Shown piece after piece: positions 50,703 through 60,923 of a DNA stretch of 64,000 nt (position 1 is the first letter of the stretch; each line of letters opens with the position of its first letter). The translations under genes and the position numbers were made by a program. The DNA comes from a virus (Duplodnaviria > Caudoviricetes), in the IMG/VR virus record IMGVR_UViG_3300013121_000027, positions 1 to 64,000 of that record; one strand, 5' to 3'. A model generated the notes under the pieces. It was given only the letters and a program-made list of their open reading frames with translations. It was not told the DNA's origin and made no database searches.

Positions 50703-51003
50703 AGAACAAAGGGATCATCTACGTGAATGTTTTGAAGATTGTGATCTTATTTGGGATAGCGAAATTCATCTCTATCCTCTTTATTCTGGCAGATTCATGT
50801 ACGGAGAACAATGTTTCGGATTTGTAATTGATGAACCCGGAAAACTCTTTTTTGCATTAGGATATCTCGCAGCAAAAGATCAAAATCTTTCAATCGACCT
50901 AATGAATTCTCATAAGACAGACAATATGGGCAAAGACTATATCGTTTATTTCCCTGGCTATCTTTGGACTGAACATGCAAACACCGCAGCAATTAACGCT
51001 TGA
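50683..51003 (+). CDS. Hypothetical phage protein
   Basis: YSGRFMYGEQC...DNMG...YFP. Confidence 0.65.
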   Translation: MQRILTEEQRDHLRECFEDCDLIWDSEIHLYPLYSGRFMYGEQCFGFVIDEPGKLFFALGYLAAKDQNLSIDLMNSHKTDNMGKDYIVYFPGYLWTEHANTAAINA

Positions 51004-53143
51004 TCTTATAGATTTAAAACCTATAAATTTTATACCTGAAAACGTTGAGGATGCGATAGATGATTTTCTTGAAGCTCCTATATATTGGAAAAAGTTCAGT
51101 AGATCTATTGATACTGCCAAAAGGAATAAGCAAGTTATTTCAGAACGTAATTGGAACTTTAAGAATTTGAAAAAGTCCTCTGGTACTTTTTTCTATCAGT
51201 TCTTTCTTCCAGTTAGAGAAACTCAATTAGCTACTCATCTGAATTCTCAGATACTGTTCCCAACTTGCTTGTTAAAAAGGTCTGATCGAAATAAAAGTAT
51301 ATATTTTTCTTTAAATGAAGATCAAATAATATCTCCTGATTTTATCAAAGAATATAATCTGATTCCCGAATTTACAACTAATATTGGACAAGGATCTTTC
51401 AAATATTTACTTGAATCTGCATTTTTTTCTTCTTCTTCTAAATCGTTTACTTTTACTCTGTGTTCTTCTACATTAATACTTTTTCAACCTTCTTTATTTC
51501 TTAAAAATAAGCGCTATAGAATATCTCCTATTCTTAGTTCACAAAGTGTTGAACCAAGAGTAAAGATAGTCACTCACTATTCCTTTAAACTTGGATCTAA
51601 TTCTAATCTAACTATAGATCCAGCAAAGTCTTTTGTTATAGTTAATAACCCATTATTAAAAACTCAAACTAAATTTCTTTTTAGAGACTACCCAGATAAA
51701 TATCTTATTCCATTCGCTAAGGATATATTTGAATTTTTTTCAAATAATTCATTTAGAGTGGATGGCTCTGTTGCCAATCAACATAGATATTATACTTCAG
51801 CTATAAGTCAAACCTTTCAGTTTCTTTATGCTCGGCTTATTAATTTCTCTGATATTTTTAAAGAACAAGATTTTCAACCTTTATCAAAAGAACAACATTT
51901 TCAACCTTTATCAAATGTATATGATAATAATCTATACGCTAGTTTGCTACCAATATTTATCTTAAACTATTCTATTTTTCTTAGAAAGAATTTTGTTCAT
52001 AAATTTAGCATTTGGGCTGATCTTTTTAAAGATGAAACTCTTATGTCTTCTTCTTTGGGAAATAAACCTGGTTCTCATCTTTTAGCAGTATCTTTGTATA
52101 AAACAGATAACCAAATACTTGACATAGAAAAAAAAATATCTTCTAAGATTAAATTAAATCCTTATTGTTATTTATATGATTCTTATCTCTTTGATATATT
52201 TTTCGGAGAAAGATCTTATCATCTTTACGCGAAAGAACATTTAGCAACTGTTTTTAAGGATATTAATCTTACTAATTTTAATTGGGCTATAGCAAAAACT
52301 TATCAAGTTATATCTGCCGATCAGAAAAAATTTATTGGACCTTTAGATTCTCTCCAAAGAAATTTATCTTTTCTTTTATCTTTTTATACTATAGTATATT
52401 ATTACCATTCTCATGAACTTGCTAATGTAGATGAATTATTTCCAAAAGCCCATGTTCTAGCTTGCATGCAACATCGAAACTTTATTCCAATTTGGATTGC
52501 TTTTGAGAAATCTCCTTCTTTCTTTTCCCTTCAAAAAAAAAGAACTTTCTTTAATCAATATTTTGCGCTTAGGGAATGTCAATATCTTTCTGATGCCGCA
52601 TCTATCTTAAAAAGTATTGCTCAAACTTTAGGTAATTTAACTGATTTTAAAAATGCCATTGATTGGCGTAATATTAGAACTATTCAAGAAATGCATAATC
52701 ATGTTGCTAAAGTTCAAACTACTTTACGGCATAAAAATATTCCATGTTCGAATCCTTATTATTCAGATTTGGATATATTAGATTTAAATGTTCCTGACAC
52801 TTCTTATCAAATTAAATTTGCCCCAGATACCCATACTGTAATAGGTTGGGGAACTGAACAGCGTCATTGTATTACCAACTATAAAGATTACATTAATAAA
52901 TCAGACTATCTTATATTTGGTGTCTGGGATAAAGAAAATAATAAATGGTTTGGTCATTGCATTCTTTATTATTATCCTAATACTCAATCTTATAAAGAAT
53001 GGCAATTCTACGGCTTTGCTAATTCCGCTCTTGATAAGGATGTCAAAGCAAAGATAAATAAATTTGTATTTAATCTTTTATTTAAAGAAAAACCAAAACT
53101 GTTAGAAGAAAAGAAAAAGAATAACAATCTTGCCTTTGTTTAA
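50975..53143 (+). CDS. Large protein with a C-terminal PcfJ-like domain
   Basis: EMHNH...WGTEQRHCI..Y...QFYGFAN. Confidence 0.6.
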   Translation: MQTPQQLTLDLIDLKPINFIPENVEDAIDDFLEAPIYWKKFSRSIDTAKRNKQVISERNWNFKNLKKSSGTFFYQFFLPVRETQLATHLNSQILFPTCLLKRSDRNKSIYFSLNEDQIISPDFIKEYNLIPEFTTNIGQGSFKYLLESAFFSSSSKSFTFTLCSSTLILFQPSLFLKNKRYRISPILSSQSVEPRVKIVTHYSFKLGSNSNLTIDPAKSFVIVNNPLLKTQTKFLFRDYPDKYLIPFAKDIFEFFSNNSFRVDGSVANQHRYYTSAISQTFQFLYARLINFSDIFKEQDFQPLSKEQHFQPLSNVYDNNLYASLLPIFILNYSIFLRKNFVHKFSIWADLFKDETLMSSSLGNKPGSHLLAVSLYKTDNQILDIEKKISSKIKLNPYCYLYDSYLFDIFFGERSYHLYAKEHLATVFKDINLTNFNWAIAKTYQVISADQKKFIGPLDSLQRNLSFLLSFYTIVYYYHSHELANVDELFPKAHVLACMQHRNFIPIWIAFEKSPSFFSLQKKRTFFNQYFALRECQYLSDAASILKSIAQTLGNLTDFKNAIDWRNIRTIQEMHNHVAKVQTTLRHKNIPCSNPYYSDLDILDLNVPDTSYQIKFAPDTHTVIGWGTEQRHCITNYKDYINKSDYLIFGVWDKENNKWFGHCILYYYPNTQSYKEWQFYGFANSALDKDVKAKINKFVFNLLFKEKPKLLEEKKKNNNLAFV

Positions 53144-53164
53144 TTTCCCTTTAGAAAGAATTAT

Positions 53165-54676
53165 ATGCTGCCCTCTTCTATCGTTCAGGATAAGGTTTCT
53201 GCTGTACTTAATAGATCTCCAGAAACTGTATTTATACAGCTTCCAGTAACTTATCAAGTTTTAAACCAACATTTGTGGATTTGTTTTGTTGCTGAAACTC
53301 TATTTGGACAACAAGATTTACGTCCAACCTTTATTACAGGTATGTGTCCAAAGTGGAAAAATTATAATCTTTTTCTTGAATTCTTTTATAGCTATCTTAA
53401 ATCTAATGGATCATTAAAGGGTATATTAGGTCCTGTAATAAAAGATTTAGATGATGTTGAATTGGATAATGTTCTTAATTATGGCATTGAGTTAAAATGT
53501 CATTATAGAGATATTATTCATAAAATGCAACAAGAAGTTGATTTCTTTTTGGATGAACTAAATGTCACTTCTCTTCCTACTGCATATCTTCATATGTTTC
53601 ATGAATGGTATGATCTTATGTTTGAGAAGACTTCTGATATTCATCGAAATGCATACTATTTCTATGCTCAGGGTAAAATAGAAATTTCTGAAATGCATGC
53701 ACTTTTACTGGCACAGCCAGTAACTATAGAAACGCTTGCGATTAAAAAAGAAAAAGTACAACATAATTGCGTATGGGAATACGATCAACTATCTAATGAA
53801 CTTGTTTGTACTTGCGGTAGTCGCCGGTCAATTTATGCATACTGAGGGTAAATGTCTTTTCCAACATTCTTAAATATAGATTCTTTAGTTAATGAAGCAA
53901 AAGATTATCTTGAAACTGAAATAACTTTTGGTCGTAAAGTTAAACCAATCTTTACTGTTTGTAAAATTGATCAAAAACTTTTAACAGTTAAACTTCCTTT
54001 AGTTGATAGCTACGATCAAAGGCTTGAAACATTAACTCAACTTTCTTGGTTGAGTACCTCTCTTGGAACTGATTGTCTTTTGTTTGCAATTGACTCTTCT
54101 CTTACTCTTCCAAATGATAAGGGAGAACTTATTGATCAAGATGTTTTCTTAGTCTTCTATTCTAATAAAATGGGAGCTATGTTAACTCCCTTGTTTTATA
54201 GTTTTGATCCAGAATTGAATAAATTTCAATGGATTGATAAAAAAATAGATGAGAAAATAATCACAGATACTCAAAAGCGTATTATTCTATTTTTAGGTTC
54301 TCAATTCTTTTTCCCTCCATATTCACATCCTTGGAAAGAATACGTTAAGTATTTGGATTCTAAAGGATTTGAATTCGTATACCATCATCCATTCTCTGAG
54401 CTTATTGTTGAATATGCTCAAGATTGTCTCTATTCTCCTTAGAAAGAAAAGAAAATGGCTCAAGGATTTATCTTAGATGGTGGCACATTAAAAGACGTCT
54501 TTATTTATGAAGGCGAACGTATCGCCGTAGAATATCCAGATGGCACTACGTTTGAAGTTCCTTCGGACAAAGTGCATATGATGCTGAAACCCTCCGTTTT
54601 GCCTTCTGGCGAAACTTGCCATATTTTAATGGAAAAATCCCCAGTAACACGTCTACCACTTGTAGTGTTAGAATAA
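53165..54676 (+). CDS. Hypothetical proteins (53165-53845, 53852-54442, 54455-54676)
   Basis: Contiguous ORFs. Confidence 0.6.
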
Positions 54677-54698
54677 CCACAGAAAGAAAATAGCTATC

Positions 54699-54899
54699 AT
54701 GAAGAAGAGTACTTTCCAGTATGATATTTGGCTGCGCGATGCCAAGGATTCCGCCAAGGACATTCATGTCACTAAGGATGGTCCCGTAACTATCGAAGCT
54801 ACCAGTCAGGCTGCAGCTCGTGACAAGGCTGTTCGCGCGGTTCCCGCCGAGTTCGAGGATCGTCTGGACGAACTGGACATCCTCGTTCGTGCATTCTAA
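54699..54899 (+). CDS. Small hypothetical protein, GC3-rich; paralogous to the N-terminus of 55417
   Basis: MKKSTFQYDI vs MKKQTYQYTI; similarity runs over about 65 aa. Confidence 0.75.
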   Translation: MKKSTFQYDIWLRDAKDSAKDIHVTKDGPVTIEATSQAAARDKAVRAVPAEFEDRLDELDILVRAF

Positions 54900-54944
54900 A
54901 AAGGATTTTATTCCTTTCTGATTTTTTCTATTACTATTTAATAC

Positions 54945-55454
54945 ATGAAAGAATTTTTATGTACTAAATGCAATCAAATAAAATCAGAATCAGAATTTAA
55001 ATTCTATAAAAGTGGTAAGAAAAAAGGTTCAAGACGCGCTTGGTGTTCTGACTGTGAACGTTCATATCAGAATTATAGATATCATAATCGTCCATTTGAG
55101 AAAAATAGATATGATGAAACTTATAGGCGTAAGGTTTATCTAAAACAGTGTCTTTTTTGGGAATATTTAAGTCTTAATCCATGCGTTAAATGTGGCGAAA
55201 CTAATCCTCTCACTCTACACATAGACCACATAGACCCCCTTAAAAATTCTAAAGTTAAACGGATCGCAAGTATGGTATCAAATGGTACCGCTTGGGCTAC
55301 TGTTTTAAGGGCTATTGAAGAACAGGGCTGTCAAGTTCTTTGTTCAAATTGCCACTCAATAAAAACTCATCAAGACAACAATTCTTGGCGATGGAAGAAA
55401 TGGATATTACTTCAAAATGAAGAAACAGACATACCAATACACGATTTATTATAG
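54945..55454 (+). CDS. HNH homing endonuclease
   Basis: CTKC..CSDC; CVKCG..LHIDHIDP...CQVLCSNCHSIKT; TACTAT 7 nt before ATG. Confidence 0.88.
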   Translation: MKEFLCTKCNQIKSESEFKFYKSGKKKGSRRAWCSDCERSYQNYRYHNRPFEKNRYDETYRRKVYLKQCLFWEYLSLNPCVKCGETNPLTLHIDHIDPLKNSKVKRIASMVSNGTAWATVLRAIEEQGCQVLCSNCHSIKTHQDNNSWRWKKWILLQNEETDIPIHDLL

Positions 55455-55929
55455 AGATCCGCAAGATAACACAAAAGATAAGGCTCTTTCTCCAATTAAA
55501 TCTGTTGAGGCAGTAAGTGAAGAGCATGCTAAGCGAATTGCTATCCGTTCACTCGGTGCTGAGTGGGACGAAAAACTTCATTTTATTGAATTAACAGTTA
55601 AGCCCTTTCTGAGTTCGCCAGAAAAAGCAGAAGCGGCAACGTCTTCCTTGGCTAGCGTTATTGCTGCCGAGGGGGGCAGGACTCCTCCGATCCCTCCACT
55701 TCCTGCTTCTTCTGGCGCTTGGCAAATAACCGAACTTGATAAGCAAGACGGATTTAGGACTTTTGCTGCCGTTAAAGGCATTAGGCTTCTTTATACGTTC
55801 AGTGTTCGCCCTCAAACAAATGGCATAGGCGTTTTTCCGATTAAACAATATTCTATAGATGCTTATCAACATGTCGCTGACGCCGCAGCAGCCGTCTTTA
55901 GTCACTGCATGAAAAACAATATTCGGTAA
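55417..55929 (+). CDS. Hypothetical protein (paralogue of 54699 plus a C-terminal extension)
   Basis: See the 54699 entry. Confidence 0.7.
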   Translation: MKKQTYQYTIYYRDPQDNTKDKALSPIKSVEAVSEEHAKRIAIRSLGAEWDEKLHFIELTVKPFLSSPEKAEAATSSLASVIAAEGGRTPPIPPLPASSGAWQITELDKQDGFRTFAAVKGIRLLYTFSVRPQTNGIGVFPIKQYSIDAYQHVADAAAAVFSHCMKNNIR

Positions 55930-55949
55930 TAAAATAAAAGGTATAAACT

Positions 55950-56423
55950 ATGACTACAATTCAAACTAATCTTACTGACCGGCAAATCACTATGATGGGC
56001 GGTGATCCTAATGCTTCAGTAGAGATTTTGGATGTTATCCAACTTGTCACTGATCACGCTAGCATTACTGAAATCACTGCTATCGTTCAACGTGATCTCG
56101 TCAAAGTAACTGGTACTGCTCGCCGTTCTCCAGAAGATAAGCCCAACCGTCAGATTGGTCAGATGCTTGCTACCGCTCGTGCGTATAACGCCCTTGGTAG
56201 GACCGTAGAGCGCCGTGCTCGTGGTCTCGTGGAGCACCATGCGGATATCAAGGTTCAGCGTCCTGTTCAGCGTCTAAAGTCTGAAATCTTCAAGCAGAGA
56301 ATTGCTGCTGTCGCTTCTGCTGATGATAACGTCCAAAAGGCTGTTATTCGTCAGATTCGTGAACAAGAAGGTACTTGGGTTCCCAAGGCTATGCGGGCGG
56401 CTCAACATGAGCCAACAACCTGA
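55950..56423 (+). CDS. DUF1876 / dsRBD-fold protein (actinobacterial)
   Basis: GTARRSPED...IGQMLATARAYNAL. Confidence 0.7.
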   Translation: MTTIQTNLTDRQITMMGGDPNASVEILDVIQLVTDHASITEITAIVQRDLVKVTGTARRSPEDKPNRQIGQMLATARAYNALGRTVERRARGLVEHHADIKVQRPVQRLKSEIFKQRIAAVASADDNVQKAVIRQIREQEGTWVPKAMRAAQHEPTT

Positions 56424-56618
56424 ACCATCTTTTAAGGCATATCCCATTTGTTGTAGTTGTGGTGAATTAATAGTAGAAGAAGATGCTTTTTCTGCTCATA
56501 TTCACCATGACTACGACACGTGCGATTTCTTTCCTTTTGATAAGGAAACTGCAGAAGTACAGATGCATGAATTGTCATGCAAATACGTTCTTTTTTATCA
56601 TGAGGAATGTTGTAGGAA

Positions 56619-57260
56619 ATGCGGACATTATTTTGCTGGAGTATAAAAATGTTAAGATATAAAATCACCAAACCATTTTTATCATGTGCTATTAATGGAT
56701 ATCTGAAAGTCCTGACTAAGCTTTCTAAAAAAGACTCTCAGTTTTACGTTTTCTTTTTTATGATTGCATTTCTTGCTATTAGATTAATATCGACTTTTCT
56801 TACTTTATTGTATACCAGTAATTTCGCTGAAGCTGGTTGGAATCTTGGCTTTGACGCTCTTTGGATATTTCTTGTCTTTGCAGATTGGAATTTTTCAAAA
56901 GAATCCTTTGATGCAGTAAAAGCTGCATATAAACCCAATACTATTGTTTCAATGCCTGAAGCTTTTCCTCATCGAAGTGGTAGATATCGTAATCACGCTT
57001 TAATGATAATGATCTTTGCGCTGACTGCTTTGCTTGCCTTCACATTTTCTATTATCGATTTAGTCGCTACGAATTATTTTACTAGCTTTAGTTATTTCCT
57101 TAGTGCTTTTTCTGCTTTGTGCTACTGTCTACAAGATTCTTTCTATTTCTTTTATGCTCAATCTATGCAGCCAACTCTTTTTGCTAAGGCAAAAGAGAAG
57201 ATTAAAAATAGTTTAGAAAATCGCCAAAGAACTCCTGTTCTCCTTCCAACTGGGGTATAA
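56619..57260 (+). CDS. Membrane protein
   Basis: Four hydrophobic segments. Confidence 0.65.
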   Translation: MRTLFCWSIKMLRYKITKPFLSCAINGYLKVLTKLSKKDSQFYVFFFMIAFLAIRLISTFLTLLYTSNFAEAGWNLGFDALWIFLVFADWNFSKESFDAVKAAYKPNTIVSMPEAFPHRSGRYRNHALMIMIFALTALLAFTFSIIDLVATNYFTSFSYFLSAFSALCYCLQDSFYFFYAQSMQPTLFAKAKEKIKNSLENRQRTPVLLPTGV

Positions 57261-57316
57261 TATAAATATGAATAAATATTGTCGAATATATAGCCATAGA
57301 GATTTTCCCCTCTCTA

Positions 57317-57392
57317 CTGGCTGTATCCCCTCAATCTTATAAATTGTTGAAAGGGTAGATGGTACACGTGGGTTCAATCCCCACCAGCCAGA
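57317..57392 (+). tRNA. Non-canonical D-arm-less tRNA-like RNA, anticodon TAT (Ile)
   Basis: ctggctg/cagccag-A acceptor, caat-ctTATaa-attg, gtggg-ttcaatc-cccac T arm. Confidence 0.6.
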
Positions 57393-57632
57393 CTCTTTTG
57401 CTTGAATATAGGTTCAATTTATGGCTATCCTAGATTTTGTTATTTATGAAGATGATTTTTTAAATCGAAGATTTTGTCGTGAAAAACGTAAATATACATC
57501 TGCTCATTGTGAACGTGACCCTTCTCATGTTGAACGTAATGAACAACATATAGGTCGAGACATACTTGGTAGATATCATTTTTGGGACTTGCGCATAGAA
57601 CAATTAACTCTCTTTTAGCTACAAGGAACTAA

Positions 57633-57926
57633 ATGCTATTTAAATTAGAAGTTGGATCTGTTCATACAGAATATAAGTATAACCATACTGTTATTACTTA
57701 TGAGATTAAATATACCTGTTATATGACTCCAGATCTTACCGATACCTGGCACGAAAAGAATATGAAGCACTTGGTTGACGCTGCTTTTCCAGAAGTTGAG
57801 GAAGCTGGAAGTTTTGGAAGATCTCTTAATGTACGATTCGTAAAAGTTAGCAGTCCAGTTGAAGATGACCAAAAAAATTGGATTCATACTTACCATTTAG
57901 ATCGTGATGTTCCTGGAAATGACTAA
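57633..57926 (+). CDS. Hypothetical protein
   Basis: AAGGA RBS. Confidence 0.6.
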   Translation: MLFKLEVGSVHTEYKYNHTVITYEIKYTCYMTPDLTDTWHEKNMKHLVDAAFPEVEEAGSFGRSLNVRFVKVSSPVEDDQKNWIHTYHLDRDVPGND

Positions 57927-57928
57927 CT

Positions 57929-58813
57929 GTGGAAACTAAATTAGATAAAATTAAGTTGCCTGCAAAGCTTAATTTAGAACAAAAAAATCTTTTAAACTTC
58001 TTCAATGATTTTTCTGGGTTTAACCCTAATCTTATTAATACTTATTTTGATTTTAAGAGGGGACATTACTATTTTCTTTTTCATGTTCCACCTACTTCTC
58101 ATCTAACTCATTTCCATCTTTATACATCTGATTTTTCTTTGCAAGTTCCCTTTCCTCATATGTATTTCTTTCTTAGTTTTACTATGAAGAGAATTGGTAA
58201 TGCGAATCAACTTTATATAAATGGGTTTATTAGAGATTTATATTTTGTTTCTGAACATATATTTGATCAGGATTTAGAATTACTTCCTAAATATAAACAT
58301 ACTACCCCAAATATTAGTTCGTTTCTTCCAAATATTAGAGATGAACATGCTTGTCTTGGGTATTCTTACGCCCAATATCATGAAGAAGAAGATGCTCTTT
58401 CTATAGCTTTAGCAAGAGTTTTTCAAAATTTCTATAGCTCAGTCTTTAATACTGATATTATGGACTTGAATTCTCCATCTTTGCATTATCTTCTTAGTCG
58501 TTTTTCTAATAAAGTAAAATTTAACTCTGATGTTATAAAATATATTTTGGAAGCTATTTCTAAAAACGTCAATGTAGAATCTTATATCTATAATAAAGCA
58601 AATCAGTGGACTGAATTTTGGAAAGACTATCAAAAACTTTTAGAAGCTCTTTCTAATGAATTAGGTTTTTGGGATAAACCATATATTGGTAAATTCTCTT
58701 CTCGTAAACCTCATCTTACAAAACCTTATGATTTAGATCTTTCTTATATTCCATATTTGAAATATTCCGATATGATTAGCCTTATCTCTAAGGCAAAATT
58801 CGATTATCTCTAA
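57929..58813 (+). CDS. Prokaryotic E2-like (Prok-E2 family D-like) protein
   Basis: VPFPHMYFF...FLPNI...ACLG...FYSSVFNTD. Confidence 0.45.
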   Translation: METKLDKIKLPAKLNLEQKNLLNFFNDFSGFNPNLINTYFDFKRGHYYFLFHVPPTSHLTHFHLYTSDFSLQVPFPHMYFFLSFTMKRIGNANQLYINGFIRDLYFVSEHIFDQDLELLPKYKHTTPNISSFLPNIRDEHACLGYSYAQYHEEEDALSIALARVFQNFYSSVFNTDIMDLNSPSLHYLLSRFSNKVKFNSDVIKYILEAISKNVNVESYIYNKANQWTEFWKDYQKLLEALSNELGFWDKPYIGKFSSRKPHLTKPYDLDLSYIPYLKYSDMISLISKAKFDYL

Positions 58814-58963
58814 GGTAAAATTCCAATAGTCAATTCAAAAAATTGATAAAAAATTTTTGGTCGAAATCGACTTTTTAAAAGTCAAATTTTTTCTGGAAGA
58901 AAAATAAAAGCTATTGTTCATAAAAGCTATCAATGTTTTAAATTTTCCCAATTACTTTTATGA

Positions 58964-59290
58964 ATGGATAGTTTAATGGGTCGCAAGAATAATAATTCGG
59001 TTTTATCCGATGTTATTGATTCTCGATATGAAGGTGCCTCTTCTCGTAAACGTACCTCTATGGATAATGCTGAACAATCTAAGCCCGGCAATAATATAAA
59101 GGATCCAGTTCGCTGTCCTTTATGTTCTGCAAAGCTTCTATGTCCACGTAATAAAGACTATGAAGAATTTATAGAGAACAAGATTTTACGCTGTACCACA
59201 AGCGGGGATCCCATTTGTAAGGCTGCTTGTTCTAATCCTAAAAACCAGGACTATATAGCTAAGCTAAAGAAGCGAGCTCACAATGACTGA
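58964..59290 (+). CDS. Cys-rich hypothetical protein
   Basis: CPLC..CP...C...CKAAC. Confidence 0.6.
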   Translation: MDSLMGRKNNNSVLSDVIDSRYEGASSRKRTSMDNAEQSKPGNNIKDPVRCPLCSAKLLCPRNKDYEEFIENKILRCTTSGDPICKAACSNPKNQDYIAKLKKRAHND

Positions 59291-60305
59291 GATCGCTATT
59301 AAAGCCGTTAAAGCTAAGCCCGCTAAAAAAGAAGTTTCATTTTCTGATTTTCTTTATCAATCTATAGATGAACTCGTACAAGATGTTAGATTTACAAGCT
59401 CTAACTTGATAGCTGCTAATGTTGTGGGTTCTAATATAGGTAAAGGACTTGGGAGATTCTCGATTAATTTTATTTACTCTCTTGTTCCTGAAGTAAGAAA
59501 TGTCTTTTATACCTTTAGGGAAATAACAGCTGAAAAACTTGATAAAACATTTGCTATTCCATTTCCCAATAGATATCTTTCTATTCCATTAAGTTTTTCA
59601 AGTACTACATCTAATTATGGTGGAAAAACTGAAATAGCTGTTAGTTATTCTGCAAAAATTGGATTCTTACTTTATTCTGCTTTACATCAACATGACTTAG
59701 CCAAGCAGACACTTAATTTAAAATCTCATATAGGATCATTTTTATCTAATTCAAGATTCTATAACAGTGATTTAACTTTCTGTTCTGCTTGGGGATATAA
59801 CAAAAATTATAAGACTCATACCAAAGATCATTTGACTGAAGCCATCTATCAAACCCTTCAAAATTATTATTGGTCTCAATACAATAATCATTGGTTTGAA
59901 AATTGTTTACGTTCTCCTTCTATATTTTTGATGATGCGAGATTTATCCAAGGGTATAAAGTTTGAAGGTGTTGCCTTTCAAAAGATGCAAAAATTGAGTA
60001 AGACTAAACTTGCCACTCATGATGGATACATTAAGTCTGCATATTTTGCTCATGTTTATGGACTTCAACAAAATGAATGGAATAATCATCCCTCAATTTC
60101 CATGATAAAAGATTATTATAAATTACTTGAAGCTCTTCAAAAAGTTCCTGATTATTGGAATAATCTTTCCGAAAAAAAACACATAGTTGCCCCATTGGGT
60201 GGATTACTTAACTCTTTTTACCAAACTAAGAATCTTATTTATTTCAATGCAGAAAATCCAAAAGCATTTGTGGATTCACTACATAAAGCATTAACAAAGG
60301 CGTAA
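59283..60305 (+). CDS. Hypothetical protein, distant paralogue of 57929
   Basis: IPFPNRY...FLSN...FCSAWG...YYWSQYNN; YYKLLEAL vs YQKLLEAL. Confidence 0.5.
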   Translation: MTEIAIKAVKAKPAKKEVSFSDFLYQSIDELVQDVRFTSSNLIAANVVGSNIGKGLGRFSINFIYSLVPEVRNVFYTFREITAEKLDKTFAIPFPNRYLSIPLSFSSTTSNYGGKTEIAVSYSAKIGFLLYSALHQHDLAKQTLNLKSHIGSFLSNSRFYNSDLTFCSAWGYNKNYKTHTKDHLTEAIYQTLQNYYWSQYNNHWFENCLRSPSIFLMMRDLSKGIKFEGVAFQKMQKLSKTKLATHDGYIKSAYFAHVYGLQQNEWNNHPSISMIKDYYKLLEALQKVPDYWNNLSEKKHIVAPLGGLLNSFYQTKNLIYFNAENPKAFVDSLHKALTKA

Positions 60306-60306
60306 G

Positions 60307-60921
60307 ATGACAAATTTAACTGAAGTTCAAAATACTGAAGTAGTAGATGAAGAAGAATTTGATACATCTTCAGAAGCTGTTATGTATATAGAGCAGCTTC
60401 TGAAACAAGATCCACTAAATCTTTTTCCTATTATACCTGGAGCATTTGACACAGAAATTCAATTTCAAGAGCTTCTAAATTTCCTAGTCAGTCAATCATA
60501 TGTTTATGCTCCTGATGCTAAAAATGAAGATGATATAGTCTTTGATAGTGACACATATGCAGCTCTTCTTGAAAAAGTCTTAGCATCTATGTATAGTTAT
60601 TTTAATTTCACTGCTCAAATCCTAGGCTTAGCTAAGTTATATACTAATAATTTAACTAATTCTAATTTAATACCTATAGATCTTGAAGCTAAGAAATATG
60701 GAATAAAGATTGACGATTTATTTAAGTCTCCAGATATTCCTATTTATCTTTTCGTTAAAGCTTTATTTAAATTTGATTCTCAAAAGCAACTATATCCTAA
60801 CGTCTATAATATTGACAATATTATGAATTTCTATTCTATTCTTCCATCATCTATGCGTGATTTTCTCAATAAAGATATGGAAAAAATAATAAAAAAAGTT
60901 TATCCAGCGGAATCACAATAA
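60307..60921 (+). CDS. Hypothetical protein
   Basis: Contiguous ORF. Confidence 0.6.
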   Translation: MTNLTEVQNTEVVDEEEFDTSSEAVMYIEQLLKQDPLNLFPIIPGAFDTEIQFQELLNFLVSQSYVYAPDAKNEDDIVFDSDTYAALLEKVLASMYSYFNFTAQILGLAKLYTNNLTNSNLIPIDLEAKKYGIKIDDLFKSPDIPIYLFVKALFKFDSQKQLYPNVYNIDNIMNFYSILPSSMRDFLNKDMEKIIKKVYPAESQ

Positions 60922-60923
60922 TT

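Noticed and set aside
58815-58960. AT-rich inverted and direct repeats as a replication origin
   Set aside because: Short, low-complexity matches in very AT-rich DNA are insufficient support
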